64,000 nucleotides of DNA. Source: Macrostomum lignano. Lineage: Eukaryota. The notes beneath the pieces were generated by a model. It saw only the letters and a program-made list of their open reading frames with translations, was not told where the DNA came from and did no database searches. The DNA is taken from NCBI GenBank assembly GCA_002269645.1, contig NIVC01003546.1, positions 1-64,000 on the forward strand, written 5' to 3'. The position numbers and the translations under genes are program-made. Position 1 is the stretch's first letter; the number at the start of each line of letters is the position of its first letter. This document shows positions 63,546-64,000 of the stretch, piece after piece.

Positions 63546-64000
63546 TCACTGAAGCGCGAACTTTACCCAGTCGTTGCTGTTCTCGATTTCCTGCTCAACT
63601 TGGGCGTCGCTGAACTGCAGTAGTCGGCATTGCCCAAGGACTTTGTTGTACAGCACGCTCCTGATATTCGGAAACTTGATGAATGCAACTTCAAAGCACT
63701 CAAGTATGTTGCTAATTGGCTGCAGTTCGGTGTAGCAGTACTGAGTATTGTACTCAGTGCGTTTGAAAGGAACATTCACCCACGTGGCGCTTGGTGGCAC
63801 ATGAGATGGAGCGAATTCGCAAGCGAATCCGGCGGTATAAAAGCAGCGCAGATCAACAAACCGATGACTATTGTCATTCGCCTGGATCACACAGTCCTGA
63901 TTCCCGATGTTGTTCGGTATCCCGCTGTACCACAGTGCGTTGTCCAGCGGTAGGTCTTCATTGCCGTTGACCGTCTGCCAGCCTGACCGAGACGTCAGTC
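63546..64000 (-). CDS. C-type lectin domain protein, 3' part (runs off the window), followed by a PAN/apple-like segment
   Basis: The frame is open from the window edge: ...LWYSGIPNNIGNQDCVIQANDNSHRFVDLRCFYTAGFACEF matches the CTLD pattern W..GEPNN....DCV......W.D..C....F.CE. It continues ILECFEVAFIKFPNIRSVLYNKVLGQCRLL. The TGA at 63546 overlaps a possible donor (ca|gtgag). Confidence 0.75.
   Translation of the reverse strand, partial: LTSRSGWQTVNGNEDLPLDNALWYSGIPNNIGNQDCVIQANDNSHRFVDLRCFYTAGFACEFAPSHVPPSATWVNVPFKRTEYNTQYCYTELQPISNILECFEVAFIKFPNIRSVLYNKVLGQCRLLQFSDAQVEQEIENSNDWVKFALQ

Overview
Eukaryotic, intron-rich genomic DNA. GC-rich exons, AT-rich spacers and a different minisatellite in almost every large intron suggest a free-living flatworm such as Macrostomum; this is inference from style only. 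Gene models below were assembled by hand from GT-AG sites with phase checking. (1) Minus strand, 2795-7367: a single-pass membrane protein with signal peptide, a leishmanolysin/M8-like domain lacking all zinc ligands, an S/T linker, a SEA-like domain, a TM helix and a cytoplasmic tail. (2) A CDKL1-type kinase whose exons 2-9 are tandemly duplicated (18899-28359 and 28360-39329) behind a single exon 1; the proximal copy is frameshifted in exon 6 and the distal copy is intact. (3) An SLC9B/NHA sodium-proton exchanger (47053-54624) whose first intron starts with a minisatellite made from its own splice donor. (4) A Gln/Pro-rich low-complexity gene (58864-60513, minus). (5) The 3' part of a C-type lectin gene at the right edge. 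(6) Two poorly resolved head-to-head gene candidates near 41.8-45.8 kb. Mobile DNA includes a 192-bp MITE with an 8-bp TSD, an internally deleted Gypsy LTR element with a 4-bp TSD, a CORE-type tRNA SINE and a fold-back element. Most long ORFs in the supplied track are artefacts of tandem repeats. There are no rRNA or tRNA genes and no CRISPR array. I cannot exclude that the CDKL duplication or its frameshift are assembly artefacts.
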